From assembly GCF_006345805.1 (NCBI RefSeq), contig NC_042999.1, positions 162,440,001 to 162,504,000 of the forward strand: a stretch of 64,000 bases of DNA. Reading direction: 5' to 3'. Source of the DNA: Octopus sinensis (Eukaryota). Under the pieces are notes generated by a model. The model was given only the letters and a program-made list of their open reading frames with translations. It was not told the origin of the DNA and did not search any database. Each line of letters begins with the position of its first letter. Position 1 is the stretch's first letter. A program made the translations under genes and the position numbers. This document shows, in pieces, positions 12,484 through 26,196 of this stretch.

Positions 12484-13412
12484 TCATCATCATCATCATC
12501 ATCGTTTAGCGTCCGTTTTCCATGCTAGCATGGGTTGGACGGTTCTACTGGGATCTGTGAAGCCAGAAGGCTTCATCAGGCCCAGTCAAATCTGGCAGTG
12601 TTTTTACGGCTGGATGCCCTTCCTAACGCCAACCACTCCGTGAGTGTAGTGGGTGCTTTTTACGTGCCACCCGCACAGTTGCCAGACAGAGCTGGCAAAC
12701 GGCCACGAATGTATGGCGCTTTTTATGTGCCACCAGCACGAGGGCCAGGCCAGGCTGGCAACGGACACGAAACGGGGCGGTGCTGGCAATGGTCGCGAAA
12801 CGGAAGGTTCTCTTACATGCCACCGGCACTGGTAACACATCAGCTATTTCCATTGATCGATTTCCATTCTGATCCTCACTTGCCTCAACGGGTCTTCACA
12901 AGTAGAGTTTCGACATGCCACCGGCACTGGTAACACATCTGCAATTTCCATTGATCGATTTCGATTCTGATCCTCACTTGCCTCAACAGGTCTTCACAAG
13001 TAGAGTTTTGTGTCCCAAGGAGGGAAGGTATGCATACGTAGGCTGGCTCCATCCCATGTAGAAGGCCACGGGTTATGGACTCACTTGTCCTGCCGGGTCT
13101 TCTCGCGCACAGCACACTTCCAGAGGTCTCGGTCTCTAGTCATTTCCTCAGTGAGACCTAAAGTTCGAAGGTCGTGCTTCACCACCTCGTCCCAGGTTTT
13201 CCTGGGTCTGCCTCTTCCACAGGTTCCCTCAACCGCTAGGGTGTGGCACTTTTTCACACAACTATCTTCATCCATTCTCGCCACATGACCATACCAGCAC
13301 AAACGTATCTCTTGCACACCACAACTGATGCTTCTTAGGTCCAGCTTTTCTCTCAAGGTACTTACACTCTGCCGAGTATGAGTACTGACATTACACATCC
13401 ATCGGAGCATAC
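12484..13412 (-). mobile_element. RTE-clade LINE 3' end (ORF C-terminus, 3' UTR, (GAT)n tail)
   Basis: MLRWMCNVS...LCWYGHVARM...GRGRPRKTW...DRDLWK; ~98-bp tandem duplication in UTR (12815-13008); short opposite-strand UTR piece at 12389-12468. Confidence 0.9.
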
Positions 13413-13438
13413 ATATATACAAACACACACTCACATGT

Positions 13439-13562
13439 GAAGCACATGGCCGAGTGGTTAGGCTGCTGCACTCACAATTGTTAGAATGTGAGTTCAATTC
13501 CCAGACCGGACAGTGCATTGTGATCAGTAATGTGTAACATCTGATAGTCAGGTTGGTCATGC
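13439..13562 (+). mobile_element. Short SINE: tRNA-like head joined directly to the 4687-type tail
   Basis: Head TGGCCGAGTGGTTAGG..GTTCAATTCCCAGACCGG, then CATTGTGATCAGTAATGTGTAACATCTGATAGTC, similar to 4932-4977. Confidence 0.6.
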
Positions 13563-13619
13563 ATATGGCCACAGCTCATTAGCTGAAACTGGAAAAATCA
13601 AAAAATCAAAAATCATATA

Positions 13620-14010
13620 TAGGCGCAGGTGCAGCTGTGTGGTAAGAAGCTTGCTTTCCAACCACATGGTTCCCGGTTCAGTCCCACCGCATGGCACTCT
13701 GGCTGTCTTCTACTATAGCCTCATGCTGACCAAAGCCTTGTGAGTGGATTTGGTAGATGGAAACTGAAAGAAGCCCGTCATGTATGTATGTATGTATGTG
13801 TGTGTGTGTGTTTGTCCCCCATCACTGCTTGACAACCAGTGCTGGTGTGTTTATGTCCCCGTAACTTAGTGGTTCAGCACAAGAGACTGATAGATTAAGT
13901 GCCAGGTTTCAAAAAATAAGTACTGGGGTTGATACATTCAACTAAAATTTCAAGGTGGTGCCCCAGCATGGCCGCAGTCAAATGACTGAAACAAGTAAAA
14001 AGACAAAAAG
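13620..14010 (+). mobile_element. SINE family B
   Basis: Colinear with the 8451 copy. Confidence 0.85.
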
Positions 14011-14020
14011 ATTATAATTA

Positions 14021-15039
14021 TCTTTATTATATATATAAAACTGAGAATGTGTGTCTGTCTGTCTGTCTGTCTGCATGTTTCCCTAAAACTTGAGAACTAC
14101 ACAACCAATTTCATTCAAATTTTACACATGCCTTACTTAGGGTCTATGTAGTTTGATGGGCAAAAAAAAAATGTTCGACTTCTTGCCTAAAGCGAGCCCA
14201 TAGCAATATCATATCTTCTCCACTATTTCAGTATTACGTGTTAAAAGTGAAACAAAAACGTTTCTCTATTTTATGTCAGATACTTTCACTTTAACAATAA
14301 AAATAATAACAATTGAATTATATGTAGTAAGTAATAATTAAATTCAAACTAAAGTATAATATAATCGTAACATAACAAAAGTAAAAATAGCAATTGGTAT
14401 AAATTGCATCAATGATTTGAACTTGAATAAGTGGTTTCACATGAATGGGAATAAATTAAAAATAAAATTAGCGTACAGAAATAGTCCAGATGGATAATAA
14501 AAAATTAAATTAAAGAAAAGACTATTGTCTATAAAGTATACAATGTAGAGAAAAAAGATTTGCACACATGGAGGAAAGCACCTTCGAAAAGTGTCTTGGT
14601 GCGACTATGAAAGGTATCAGAGGCGGTAAATTCGCCACAATAGAAGCAAGGTTTGAGTCAACGGAGCATGCAAAGGGAGTACTCGACTCGAACTTGCAAA
14701 TGGGAAATATTTAATTTTTACCTTTATATCTGGGACGTAGGACGTGCCGGAAACAAATTTAAAATGCCCCCCACCCCCCGAAGTAGAGGTAGGCTAGATT
14801 GTAGCCACACTTCTAAACAAGAGGGAGGACAAGATACAATTGATTGAAATTACAAGAGACGGGCTAACAATTCCAGTCTGTTATATATTTTGAGTATTGT
14901 TATCACTAGCGATATCAAGATATAACTTTGTATTTTGTATTTTGTGTAGATGTATATATATATAGATGTACATGTAATATATACACATATATACATGCAC
15001 TAGCACTATGACCCGGCAACGACGGGTCTTTAATGCTAG
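14021..15039 (+). mobile_element. Non-autonomous Helitron carrying a captured coding fragment
   Basis: A|TC start, (GTCT)n, hairpin GACCCGGCAACGACGGGTC, CTAG|T; internally deleted relative of 40112-41820. Confidence 0.8.
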
Positions 15040-15199
15040 TATATATATATATCACCTATTGTAATGGAGACAGCCATTAACAATGTCCTTCTCTGACATC
15101 TACCTCACTCAGAAATCAAAATGGTAGACATTAATGACTACCATTTTGATTCCTGGTTTACATAGATCCAGATTCACTAGTAACCTACTCCATTGTTAT

Positions 15200-15790
15200 C
15201 TGCTAGTGGGGCTCTTGTCTTAAAGGAATTCGGTTAAAGTCATGTTGACATCCTTAACTTACATCAGTAAAGCTGTCCACCATATCTGGCACACCAAAGC
15301 TTCCTGCCTCTCGGTTCCACCATCTCTCATCTCTTGAACCAACAGCTTCATATCAGATTACACTATGCCATATATGCTGCTGCAGCCTTTTCTGCCTCTC
15401 ATTCTATCAGCTTCAATGTAGCCCTGAGTTTGGTTTTATCTGTTGTTCTCTTCCTTCTGTGTCAATGACTTACTTGCTACCGTATTCAACAACACTCATT
15501 CTTATGCAGATAATATTACTCTTCATTCCACCTTAACACTCTTCAACCATATATTATCTACTTATAACCTAGACACCATGTCAAACACATGCTAACCCCA
15601 TGAACAGAGACCTTAAAAGCATCCTCCAATGGGAATATACCAATTTTGTTTCAGAAGCGAGAAAGCACATTTCAAGAAAACATCATTGCATCACATAATT
15701 ATTCTTTAATCATGAGCAGCACTCAATTAAAAAATGCTCAAAATTGCTCCGATTATTAGGTCTTACTACCACTAAGGATCTCTCAGTGGG
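15200..15790 (+). mobile_element. Degraded CR1/L2-group LINE RT fragment
   Basis: LFLLCxNDL...HSYADN-like segment; homologous to 35330-36310. Confidence 0.5.
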
Positions 15791-15869
15791 AAAAAAAACA
15801 TAGGGAAAAAAACATAGGACTCCCTATTGTCCTCAAAGGAGTAGCCACATGTAGTATGTTGAAAGGGAG

Positions 15870-16660
15870 TAGGTATAAATTCTATTTAGTATACCCAATG
15901 GATGCACAAGAGATGTAGTGGAACCATAGGCAGGCTGAGAGAAAAGGAAGGCTTCATATGTAACAGATTCAATGAAGTGGTAAGAGTTGGAACATCCATG
16001 AAATAAGTTCTTTCAGATGCTCAGAAAACTCTAAAGAAGTAATGAGAACAATTATTTCTTAAATAGTAGAAGCTATCAAGATGGAAATGGGTGCACCAAA
16101 ATCATAGTAACTAGAATAAGAACAGAATGGGAAAAGTTTAGAGAGCTGTTACTTCTGCTGATAACATAGGGAATTTCCATGTAAGTGAAGGGCAGATTGC
16201 ATGATGTTAATGTGAAAAGTACAATGTTGCATGTAAGTAAAACATAAGCATTTAATGCAGAAGATATATGAAGGATGGGAAAGAAATGAGGTGTGTGTGT
16301 TCCATTGGGTATGTAAAGTTCAGTGAACATGAACGATTGCATGCAAAAGACCTGAGAGAAAAACTAGATACCAGAGGAATCAAACGAAGTGTGCAAAAGA
16401 AGAGATTTCACAGACAAGTAATGCATTTAGCAAATGTCAGTTGGATAAAGAAACTCCTAACAATCCAAGTAAAAGGAACCGACCAAAAAAGAAACAAGGA
16501 AGACATGGGACGAAGTAGGAAAGATTGAATTCATGAGGCTGGACATCACATACAAGATGATGAGGGACAGCAATAAGTGGCAAGATGCTGAACTAGAGAA
16601 GATGTGTCTAACTCATGCATGGAAAATGGATACAAATGTGATGGTAATGATGATGGTGAT
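15870..16660 (+). mobile_element. Degraded RTE LINE 3' region
   Basis: RIRTEWEKFRELL, LREKLDTRGIKRSVQ, KTWDEV-like segments; (ATG)n tail. Confidence 0.65.
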
Positions 16661-16961
16661 GTGTATATATACACACACACAAACACAAATGTACTTCTCT
16701 CCCTATATACCACCTCCTTCATTTAGTATATCTTTCACTCTCCTCCTCATCTAGCAATTTCCCTTATCTATCAATCAATCAATCTCTCTCTTCACTATCT
16801 ATTAATCTATTTCTATCTTTCTCTCATCTTATACTATTAATATTTCTCTCAAAGAAACGGTACAATAAAACCTGCGTATTTTATACCAGCATGTCAGTAT
16901 GTGTGTCCATGTATTTGTGTATATAATTGAATGTGTTTTAGTATATCCATAAATGTATATA

Positions 16962-16993
<32 letters not shown>

Positions 16994-18534
16994 GATGGAC
17001 ACACTTTCATGAGTGTTAAAGTATTTGAGTCAGTGCATGTGATTGTGTTTATACAGATTTGATATACGCAAGCACACACAAGCACATATATAGCAGGTTA
17101 GACGATGGTATGGCATAACTGAATCATACCCTCAATCTCTCCATCATTACCACTATCACTATCTCTATCAGGATCTTCACACTACTGCCCCTCATCATCT
17201 CCATCATCACTATCTCCTCCTCCTCCTCTTTATCATCACCATCATAACCACCATTATCACTACTCCCATCACCACTATCACCATTGTTTAGCATCATATG
17301 CATCATCATCATCATCATCCTTATAATCAACTTTCTCATCATGCTACTAAAACCACCACCATTATCATTACCATTACCACCATCATCAGAGTCATCTTGC
17401 ATTTGGTTAAAGCAACATGGAAGCACTTTGGCATTTTGGCTTTTTCTGAATAAAAGAGAAAGATTATCATGTAGTTACTGATTGCCGAAAACTGTTGCAC
17501 TTGTAAATGGTGAAAACCTTTTAAGAGAGTGAAATAATTTTCCTTTATTGAATGACTAACAAGAATCTTTTTTTTTTTATTATTATCATTATCAAGAAAG
17601 AAAAAAAAGAAAATGAAAGTTCTTATGCCCATAACCAAATAGTAAAAAAATAAAATAGAAATTTAAAAAAGAAACTACTGAACAAATGTTATTTATTTAG
17701 CAGAGATGGTGAAGGAGATGGTAGTGTTTGAAGGGGATAAAAGCAAATATGTTATTGATTCTGTTAGTGTAGGGGTGAATCTCTTAGCTAAAGTTAAAAA
17801 GAAACGAAAAAATGAATAAAAAAAAATAATGCAGTTGTAAAAGATTGACAACCATAACCCAACATATTCAATTTTGTGAATACCTATCATCTTGCCATTA
17901 CCCTAAACAGTTAAAAGATGATAAACAGCTTTAAACTTTTTGCCCAAAACTAGAAGTGTTGTAAATGTTTGGTATTGAAAGTGTTTGAAGAATGTCAATA
18001 CAGGAATAAACTATCATCCTTAACTATCATCCTTGGATACATCCAAGGACTACATTGGACTCCACTATTTACTTTAGCTTGGTTTCTATGGTTGATGCCC
18101 TTCTTAAAGCCAACCACTTTACAGCATGCACTGGGTGCTTTTTGTGGAACCAGCACTAGTGGGGTCACAATGCAGCTTCCAAGACACCAGATGATGGGTT
18201 AACGAATGAGAAAAGGAGTTAGAGCTGAATGGATTACTTGCAGTTGAGGGGTCACATGGCAATTCACATTTTGGTAGAGGTGAGGGAGTGATCAGGGTGG
18301 AATAGGGAAGAGATAAAATAGTGGTGATAAGACATCTGTGTGGACCCTTAATGTCTGAGGCAAGTAGAAGTGAATGGGGGCAGAGGAACCAGGATTGTGG
18401 GTGGATGGGGTTGCAAGAGTGCTTGGCAGAGTGAGAGATGGTTAGAGATGGATAATTGGTAAGAAAGTGCATATAATAAGGAATAAGTGTTGAGTGGATG
18501 TTATGTAGGGGAAGTAAGGAAGAGTAGGTGACAA

Positions 18535-19028
18535 CTGTGTAAGATTAGACAGGGTTGAAGAGTGGAAACAGTGAATAGTGGATAAGAGTGTGTGTGTGGG
18601 GGTGGTGATTAAAGATGCATGGTGATGAAAAGTAGCAGAAGAGTAAAAATGATACAGTTGATAGGAGAAAGATATAAGACAGAGAGATGCCAGGTGGTTG
18701 AGTAGGTTGTAAGAGTGTTGGGACAGAAAGACAAGTGTAATACATGGACAGAGTGAGAGACATATGGTGATATAGAAGGTGAGATGATTTGGGGGGGAGG
18801 TCAAGATAAAATGTGAGTGGTGGACAGTATTAAGGATGAGGGATGTATAAGAACTAAAATGGTTCCAAGGAGTAAGAAAGATTAGTGGTCTCAAGGATAT
18901 GCTGCAGTTTGAGAGATGATGGGTGGCGGGTCATCTTGAGAAGGAAATCAAGCAAAGGGCCAAGCTGTGCATGGGTGTGTGTGTGTGCTTCCAGTATTTT
19001 TTGTTGAGCTGGGTGGATCCTTTTGAGA
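18535..19028. repeat. ~493-bp direct duplication, copy 1 (copy 2 at 22006-22498)
   Basis: Almost base-for-base identical by eye. Confidence 0.9.
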
Positions 19029-19313
19029 ACCACATATTACCAGTCAACCTGGTTATTTTTCATCTTCTCTGTCAGGTTCAAGATCCTGAGATCAGCCTTC
19101 ACCACTTTGTCCCGTGTTTTCATGTGTCTCCCTCTTTCACAAGCTCCATCCACGTTAAGTGATTGTCACTTCTTTATACAGCAGTCCTCGTTCATATGCA
19201 TCATATAACCATACTAGTACAGTCTTGTTTTTTACACGCTACATCTGATTCTTCTTACACCCAGTTTTTTGTCTCAGCACATTTGTACTATATCATTCTT
19301 GTACACTAACATA

Positions 19314-19694
19314 GGAGGCGCAATGGCCCAGTGGTTAGGGCAGTGGACTCGCGGTCGTAGGATCGCGGTTTCGATTCCCAGACCGGGCGTTGTGAGTGTT
19401 TATTGAGTGAAAACACCTAAAGCTCCACGAGGCTCCGGCAGGGGATGGTGGTGATCCCTGCTGTACCCTTTCACCACAACTTTCTCCCACTCTTACTTCC
19501 TGTTTCTGTTGTACCTGTATTTCAAAGGGCCGGCCTTGTCACTCTCTGTGTCACGCCGAATATCCCCGAAAACTACGTTAAGGGTACACGTGTCTGTGGA
19601 GTGCTCAGCCACTTACACGTTAATTTCACGAGCAGGCTGTTCCGTTGATCGGATCAACCAGAACCCTCGTCGTCGTAACCGACGGAGTGCTTCC
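19314..19694 (+). mobile_element. SINE family A, full length
   Basis: TSD ACACTAACAT / ACACTGACAT; inserted in RTE coding remnant. Confidence 0.92.
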
Positions 19695-21451
19695 ACCACA
19701 CTGACATTGCACATCCATCATAGCATGCTTGCACTATTTCTCTTGACACTTCTCAAATATTCTGCAGTAAAGGCTCATGTTTCCTTATCATGCAGCATCA
19801 GAGTTCAGAATGTAAGCACCATACAATCTGCCCTTCACTTTGAGGAAAAACTCCTTCTGGCCAGCAGCAGAACTTCCAAACCATCCAGGTATTTGAGAGA
19901 ATTTATTCTTGATGAACTCATAGAACATACTACTCCAATATACCTGTCACATATAAAGCTTACTTTCTCTGATAGTCTGCCTGTGATTCCACTACAGCTC
20001 TTGAGTGTCCATAATTCATATTGGGTACCTACTTATATTGGTTGATACTTACTTCTTTACTGCATGTCATGTAAGGCATTTTCCATGAAGATACCTCTTG
20101 ATTTAGAATTTCCTTTCTAATTTCCCTGTAGATTCACTTATGAGAACTATATCAGCTTAATGAAATCCCCATGGATATTCAGCCTTAAACTCTTCTGTGG
20201 GATTATGATGAATAAGGATTGAGGACCTAAACTTGATAAACTACATTCATGCTAAATTTGAAGTTGTTGTCAGCTCTCACTTTACTTGCTGCATCTTTGT
20301 ACATAGCTTACACAGTCCTCCCAGGCCACTTGTCTACACTAGTTCCTTCAGTGACCACCAAATTACTGAACATGGTACCTTGTCAAAAACCTTCTCCAAA
20401 TCAATAGAAGCCAGGTACAACATTTATTCTTAGCCAACCAGGTTAAGATTAAAACTATATGCACAAACATGCATGCACACATACAAACATGTGTGTGTGT
20501 GTTTGTGTGAGGTCGGTCATTGCATATCTGGACAGATTGTGGTTGAGTCAGTTCTGACACTAACCTACTGCTTCCCAAAATCAGGGATTATGTCTTGTTC
20601 ATGCATTCCATTTTCAACATGCCTTCTTTGGTTGAATGCCCTTCTGATAGCCAATTATTTTATAGAGGTTACTGGGTGCAACACTAGCACTATAAAAGCT
20701 GTCTTGTCTTTGCTAAGACTAAACAGGGTTCTCTATCTTACATTGTCTCCAGTCATTTGTTCACCAACATCCGGCTGAAGAGTCAATTCTACTCTGAAAT
20801 GTCTTTGCATGTTTCCCTATGTTCTCCCAATAAAACTAGATTAGATGGGAAAAGAGTGCTACAAAAGCATTAAAAGTTTTTTAAAAATCAGTGACAGAAG
20901 CGATAGTGTGACAGAAAACAGAATTATGGGAGAGAGAATGAGGAGTGGTGGTCAGCTACATGATGTTGGCAAATAGACTAAATAGAAGCAACATGCACGA
21001 GTAAGTGCAAGAAAAGAAGGTAATAGCAGAGAAGCAAAGAAATAAGGGTGAATGAATGGTACAGGAGAGAGAGAGAGAGAGAGAAGTGAAAGAAATGAGA
21101 GAGAGTGATGGGAGAGGGAATGGTGAATATAAAAAATGAATGATAGATGAGGGAATAATATAAGAGTAATGGATATCATTGAAGATGGATGATGGATTAA
21201 CAATAACAAGTGATGGAAGCGGAAGGAATAAGTGAGAGGGTGATAACAAACAATAAAAAGGAACTGGTGACTGTACAGGAGTACTTCACATGAGAGGAAA
21301 TATGTTAAATGTGATGGGAATCATCAACTGAATTTAACAATTTTTCCTTTATATTAATTTAGTGATAAAGCATCTGAAGAGCAGTTGATAAGTAAGGAGA
21401 CCACCTTCATTGAAAAATATTAATTGCACTTAAATGAGAACATTTAATTAA

Positions 21452-21671
21452 CCCTTTCGTTACCAACCCGGCTGAAACCTGCTCTGGCTCTAAGTACAAA
21501 TATCTTGTTTGCATAAGTTTTGAATTAAAATCTTCCACCAAACCTTAGTCACAATTTATGTTCCTAACACCAGCTTAATGATAACTAAGTTATTTTACTA
21601 AATTCTTTGTTATGTTTGAAGTAATTGACAGAAACATTGAGCATCTCAAAATAAATACAGTAACAAAAGGG
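21452..21671 (+). mobile_element. piggyBac-like MITE, family 2
   Basis: TTAA|CCCTTTCGTTAC...GTAACAAAAGGG|TTAA; inverted copy at 53849-54068. Confidence 0.85.
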
Positions 21672-22005
21672 TTAATTTCCAAGTAGTCTCTTCCAGTCTC
21701 CTGGATATCACTTGACAACTGCATGGTGCCACCTAGTTTCTGTGAGCCTTGCAATAATATCCAGCCCAGCAGAACTTGTACTTTCGGGATTCTGCAATCA
21801 CACTGTTCACTCCCCACCATTCTTGAATTACCTCATTTCTAATATACCCCTGCAATCACGTTCTTGTTAGGGCCCTCTGAAGAAGAAAGATCAGAATCTA
21901 GCCAGCTGTTCTTACTTCTTCATAGTAGCCCACAAACAGATTGGCATGCTGAGTCTTGTCTAGTACTTTGAGCACATCTTTAATGCCTTCTATTTTGTTC
22001 TTATT

Positions 22006-22498
22006 CTGTGTAAGATTAGATAGGGTTGAAGAGTGGAAACAGTGAATAGTGGATAAGAGTGTGTGGGGGGGGGGTGATTAAAGATGCATGGTGATGAAGA
22101 GTAGCAGAGGAGTAAAAATGATACAGTTGATAGGAGAAAGATATAAGACAGAGAGATGCCAGGTGGTTGAGTAGGTTGTAAGAGTGTTGGGACAGAAAGA
22201 CAAGTGTAATACATGGACAGAGTGAGAGACATATGGTGATATAGAAGGTGAGATGATTTGGGGGGGGGGGTCAAGATAAAATGTGAGTGGTGGACAGTAT
22301 TAAGGATGAGGGATGTATAAGAACTAAAATGGTTCCAAGGAGTAAGAAAGATTAGTGGTCTCAAGGATATGCTGCAGTTTGAGAGATGATGGGTGGCGGG
22401 TCATCTTGAGAAGGAAATCAAGCAAAGGGCCAAGCTGTGCATGGGTGTGTGTGTGTGCTTCCAGTATTTTTTGTTGAGCTGGGTGGATCCTTTTGAGA
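22006..22498. repeat. ~493-bp direct duplication, copy 2
   Basis: Matches 18535-19028. Confidence 0.9.
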
Positions 22499-23328
22499 TC
22501 ATGTTTCAGTATATATTTATTGTCTCTACTGGGTAGATGTGCTCCTTCACCTCTTCAATCTCATAGCTTTACCCTACTATTTAGCCTTATTTCAGACATG
22601 TCTTGGGGTGGCTTATTCTGAGGCCTACTAATGACATCTAGTTGTCCAGCCCTGCCAGCAGAGTCTGCACCAAATCTGAGGTTTCTGCAATGAGCACAAA
22701 GTCATCTGCCGACCAGAAGCATATTAACAACTGATCACTGATATTGACAGCACCTTCCTAGTCAATGTTTTCATTTTTCCACGACCATTTTGAGGTATTC
22801 AGTGAAAGACTTAAGAAAAAGTTATTCATAAAAACTATCATATACACACCCAATATAAAAAAATATATCTAAGTAGTGTGTGTGTGCGTGTGCACATGCA
22901 TGTGAGAGTGCAAAACTAATTTTGTGTGAATGAAGTTGTTTACATATGCATAATCTTATCTCTATATCTTTTCATCATACATCAGACCAACTTATCAGGG
23001 AGTGGCTGCTGAAGTACTAAAACCCAAAAAAGAATACAAATGAGTATTACACAGAAAATATATTACCACCTCCAAATATATAATGTGTGTGTGTGTGTAA
23101 AAAGTAGTTTCATATGTCTTCTATGCTAATTAAATTTAGAAATAAACCAAGATTGTATCCTCAACATTCTAAGGTGAGAACTACAAGTAAACAAGTAAGC
23201 AGTATACTGGATGATGAGCAGTATACTGATAATCACTAAGTTTGCATTGAATCTATAGTCATCAGCTGAAATAAGTAAAAGGGTTTTGTTATCTTTCATG
23301 TTTATCCCCTTTAATGAGACAAAGTTAC

Positions 23329-23384
23329 CTGTGGATAGCCTATCACCTTAGCCCAAGAGAAGAACTGTCTGTCCAGTGGGTACT
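23329..23384 (-). CDS. Candidate host-gene exon (56 nt; [E]YPLDRQFFSWAKVIGYPQ)
   Basis: Strong polypyrimidine tract TTTTTGTTTCTTTTTACATACATCAG, CAG|GTAACT donor, only one open frame (phase 1 to 0). Confidence 0.5.
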
Positions 23385-24149
23385 CTGATGTATGTAAAAA
23401 GAAACAAAAATTCCATATCAAGAAAGCTTGCAGTGGTATGTATATGAAGAACATGGACAAATACAGGTATATCAAATGCCATACAGTATAAATTCATGAC
23501 TTATTACAATTATCTCTGCCACCAGGGGATGTATCAGAGTTACCAATGGATAACTGAGACTGGCTCCATATGAGGATGGGAGATAATAACTTCAGAGAAT
23601 TCTTCATTCTTGAGATTGACATACCGTTACAGAAAAGGACAAGCTCAATAAACATCATCAGCACGATAACTGACCAAGGGACAAAAGCAGAGACAAGAAT
23701 GGTAGAAGACATTTACAAATTATTTGCATAATCTAAATATTCATAAACAATCAAATTCTGTATGTAGATTCTATTAAATTTTGAAAATGAAATATTTTAT
23801 TAAGCAGTAACTTTATACTCATCTACTTTGTGTATACATTTTGAGGAGGGGACACCCTATATAGACAGACAGACAGACAGATAGATATATATATAGATAT
23901 ACAAATCATTACAGACCAGATCTATATATACATAAAATCACCCCCATTGTCATCGTAATTTACTGAAGCAGACATTCTATGGTCAAATGCTCTTCCTGTC
24001 GCCCCCCCGCCCCCCCCCCATGTTTCCTAGCAAGGTAATATTTCCCCATGGCCTGACATGTTTTTCAAAGAGAACATGAAACAAGCACTGTTCAGTTACA
24101 ACCATTACACAGTGTTAAGAGGAGAGCCCCCCCCCCACACACACACACA

Positions 24150-24313
24150 TTCAATAGGCCTTTTCAGTTTCCACCTTCCAAATCCATTCACAAGGCTCTG
24201 GTTAGCCTGGGTTATAAGTAGAAGATACTTGCCCAAAGTGCCATGCAGTGGCATTGCACCCTAAAATTACATAGTAGGGAAGCAAGCTTCTTACCACATA
24301 ACCATGCCTACAC
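24150..24313 (-). mobile_element. SINE family B, degraded 5' half
   Basis: Reverse complement of the family B head. Confidence 0.65.
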
Positions 24314-24479
24314 CTACAGTATGTATGAAAGTGTGTGATGTGAGCAGTCATGTATTTCGTTTATAACAAGAAATCTGTTCTGATCCTTTCTTTTATACTC
24401 TGACATTTCATCATCTAGCATAAGCTCCTCCGTTTCTAGTGTAGTCCCACTAGGTCAATGGAGATCTTAGTCTTGTGTG

Positions 24480-24688
24480 CTACATGGCAATCTCACTTGT
24501 GTTGATGCCACAACAAAAGTACCCAGTATACTCTGTAAAGTGTTTGGCATTAGGAAGAGCAAGCATCTAACTGAAGAAATCATGTCAAAGCAGTCACTAG
24601 AGCACACCAGAGTGCTCTGATCATTTCAATCAAGTCAAACTGCCAAACCCATGCCAGCATGGAAACAGACATTAAAAGATGATGATAT
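24480..24688 (+). mobile_element. Degraded RTE 3' UTR/tail
   Basis: GGCATTAGGAAG...CCCATGCCAGCATGGAAACAGACATTAAAAGATGATGAT. Confidence 0.6.
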
Positions 24689-24720
24689 GCATTCACACAC
24701 ACATACACACACGTACATAC

Positions 24721-24797
<77 letters not shown>

Positions 24798-25469
24798 CAT
24801 GTATGTATGTATCGTCAGTCTCTTTCCATTACCTCTCATCCAATAAGAATCAAACTAAATTACTATTTCCAGAATATTCTGCTTTCTCAGCAGATAGGCA
24901 GATAGTTGTAGCATTAATTCTCTGGCCTATATTGAGTGTGGACTGGTAATATAGATAGTGACGAAGAAGAGTAAGAAAATCAGAGAGAATGAGAGATGGA
25001 ATGAGGAAAGTGGGAGGAAATGCAAGAAAGACAGACAAAAAGAGTAAGAAAGCGATAAGGAAGGACATTACAATAAGATGAAAGAGATAAGGTGGAAAAT
25101 TGCTGGAGACACACGGATAGTGAAATGATAATAATAAATGTAAAAGAGTTGAAAAGGGAAGGGAAAAATTGAATAAAAGACATAGAAGAAGGGAGACAGC
25201 AGAAGAGAGAAAGAGAGAGGTTTGGAAGAATGAGAGAGATCAAATAAGAATTTCTAACATAATTACACAGCTTTGTATTTTTGGTGTAGGGATGGAATTA
25301 ATTAAATTCAACCAGTAATTTTACTGGTATTTCTTATATCAAACCTTGGGAGGATGAAAGACAAAGTAAATCCTGGTATGATTTGAACTCAGAATGTAAA
25401 GGGATGTAACTAAATGTTAAAATGTATGTGGTGTCACACTTTATTACTTCAGCCACTATTCTTCCCTAA

Positions 25470-26080
25470 AAGGAATAAATAATAGAAGAGATGGAAAGAG
25501 AGAGAGAGAGAGAGAGAGAATGAAATAAAGAGAAGAGAGAGTGTGAAGTAAGTGCAAGTGTATAAGAGAAGTAGTGAGAGAAAGAAAGAAAATAAGGAAA
25601 ATAATATGAGAAAGAAAAGGAGATAGGGTGGGGAGGAAATAGGATAGAAAGAGAAATAGCAGGATTAAGAAGAAAGTATAAAATAAGGAGGGATATATAA
25701 AGGAAGGGATCAAAAAGAGAGATAGAAAGAAAGAGAGAGAGGAAAAGAAAAATAAATAGGCAAAGGGAAGGAGATGAATAGAAAAAAATGAGGGAAAGGC
25801 AGAGACAAAGAAGAAAGAAGAGAAGGAAGGATAGAAAAGGAAAGAAAAGAAATGGAAAGAGAGAGGAGACAGAAAATAGGATTGAAAGGGGAAAAGAGGG
25901 AAAAATATGAGGAGATAACATGAGAAAACATGAGACAAAGATAACAGTTGGAGAAAGTAAAATAAAGAAATGGTGAAGGGGAAAGAGGAAGAGAAGAAAT
26001 AAAATGGAAAAGATGTAAAAAGGAGAGAAGAAAGACGTAGGAGCAAGAGAGGAAGAACTGTGAAGAGAAGGAAAATATGG
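25470..26080. repeat. GA-rich low-complexity tract
   Basis: Almost purely purine on the + strand. Confidence 0.9.
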
Positions 26081-26161
26081 ATTAACTGAAAAGTGTATTT
26101 CCATTTCTGACAATTCTGTTTTCTGGTCAACCTACATATTAATGGCTGCTCACAGGTTGTA

Positions 26162-26196
<35 letters not shown>

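Larger units (their letters stand above)
18070..20450 (-). mobile_element. Degraded RTE LINE interrupted by SINE A
   Basis: Minus strand: EKVFDKVP-like (20380-20400), ASML.WMCNVS (19700-19735), KTRDKVVKADL (19085-19120); RTE 3' UTR motif at 18090-18145. Confidence 0.6.

Noticed and set aside
20772-20810. CTGAAGA...GAAA.TC hammerhead-like string
   Set aside because: No pairing helix I and no convincing helix III
21831-21877. Minus-strand AG/GT-bounded 45-nt segment
   Set aside because: Stop codons in all three frames
23494-23712. 72-aa ORF with a hydrophobic N-terminus
   Set aside because: No recognisable homology; length expected by chance; lies in the intron just upstream of the candidate exon
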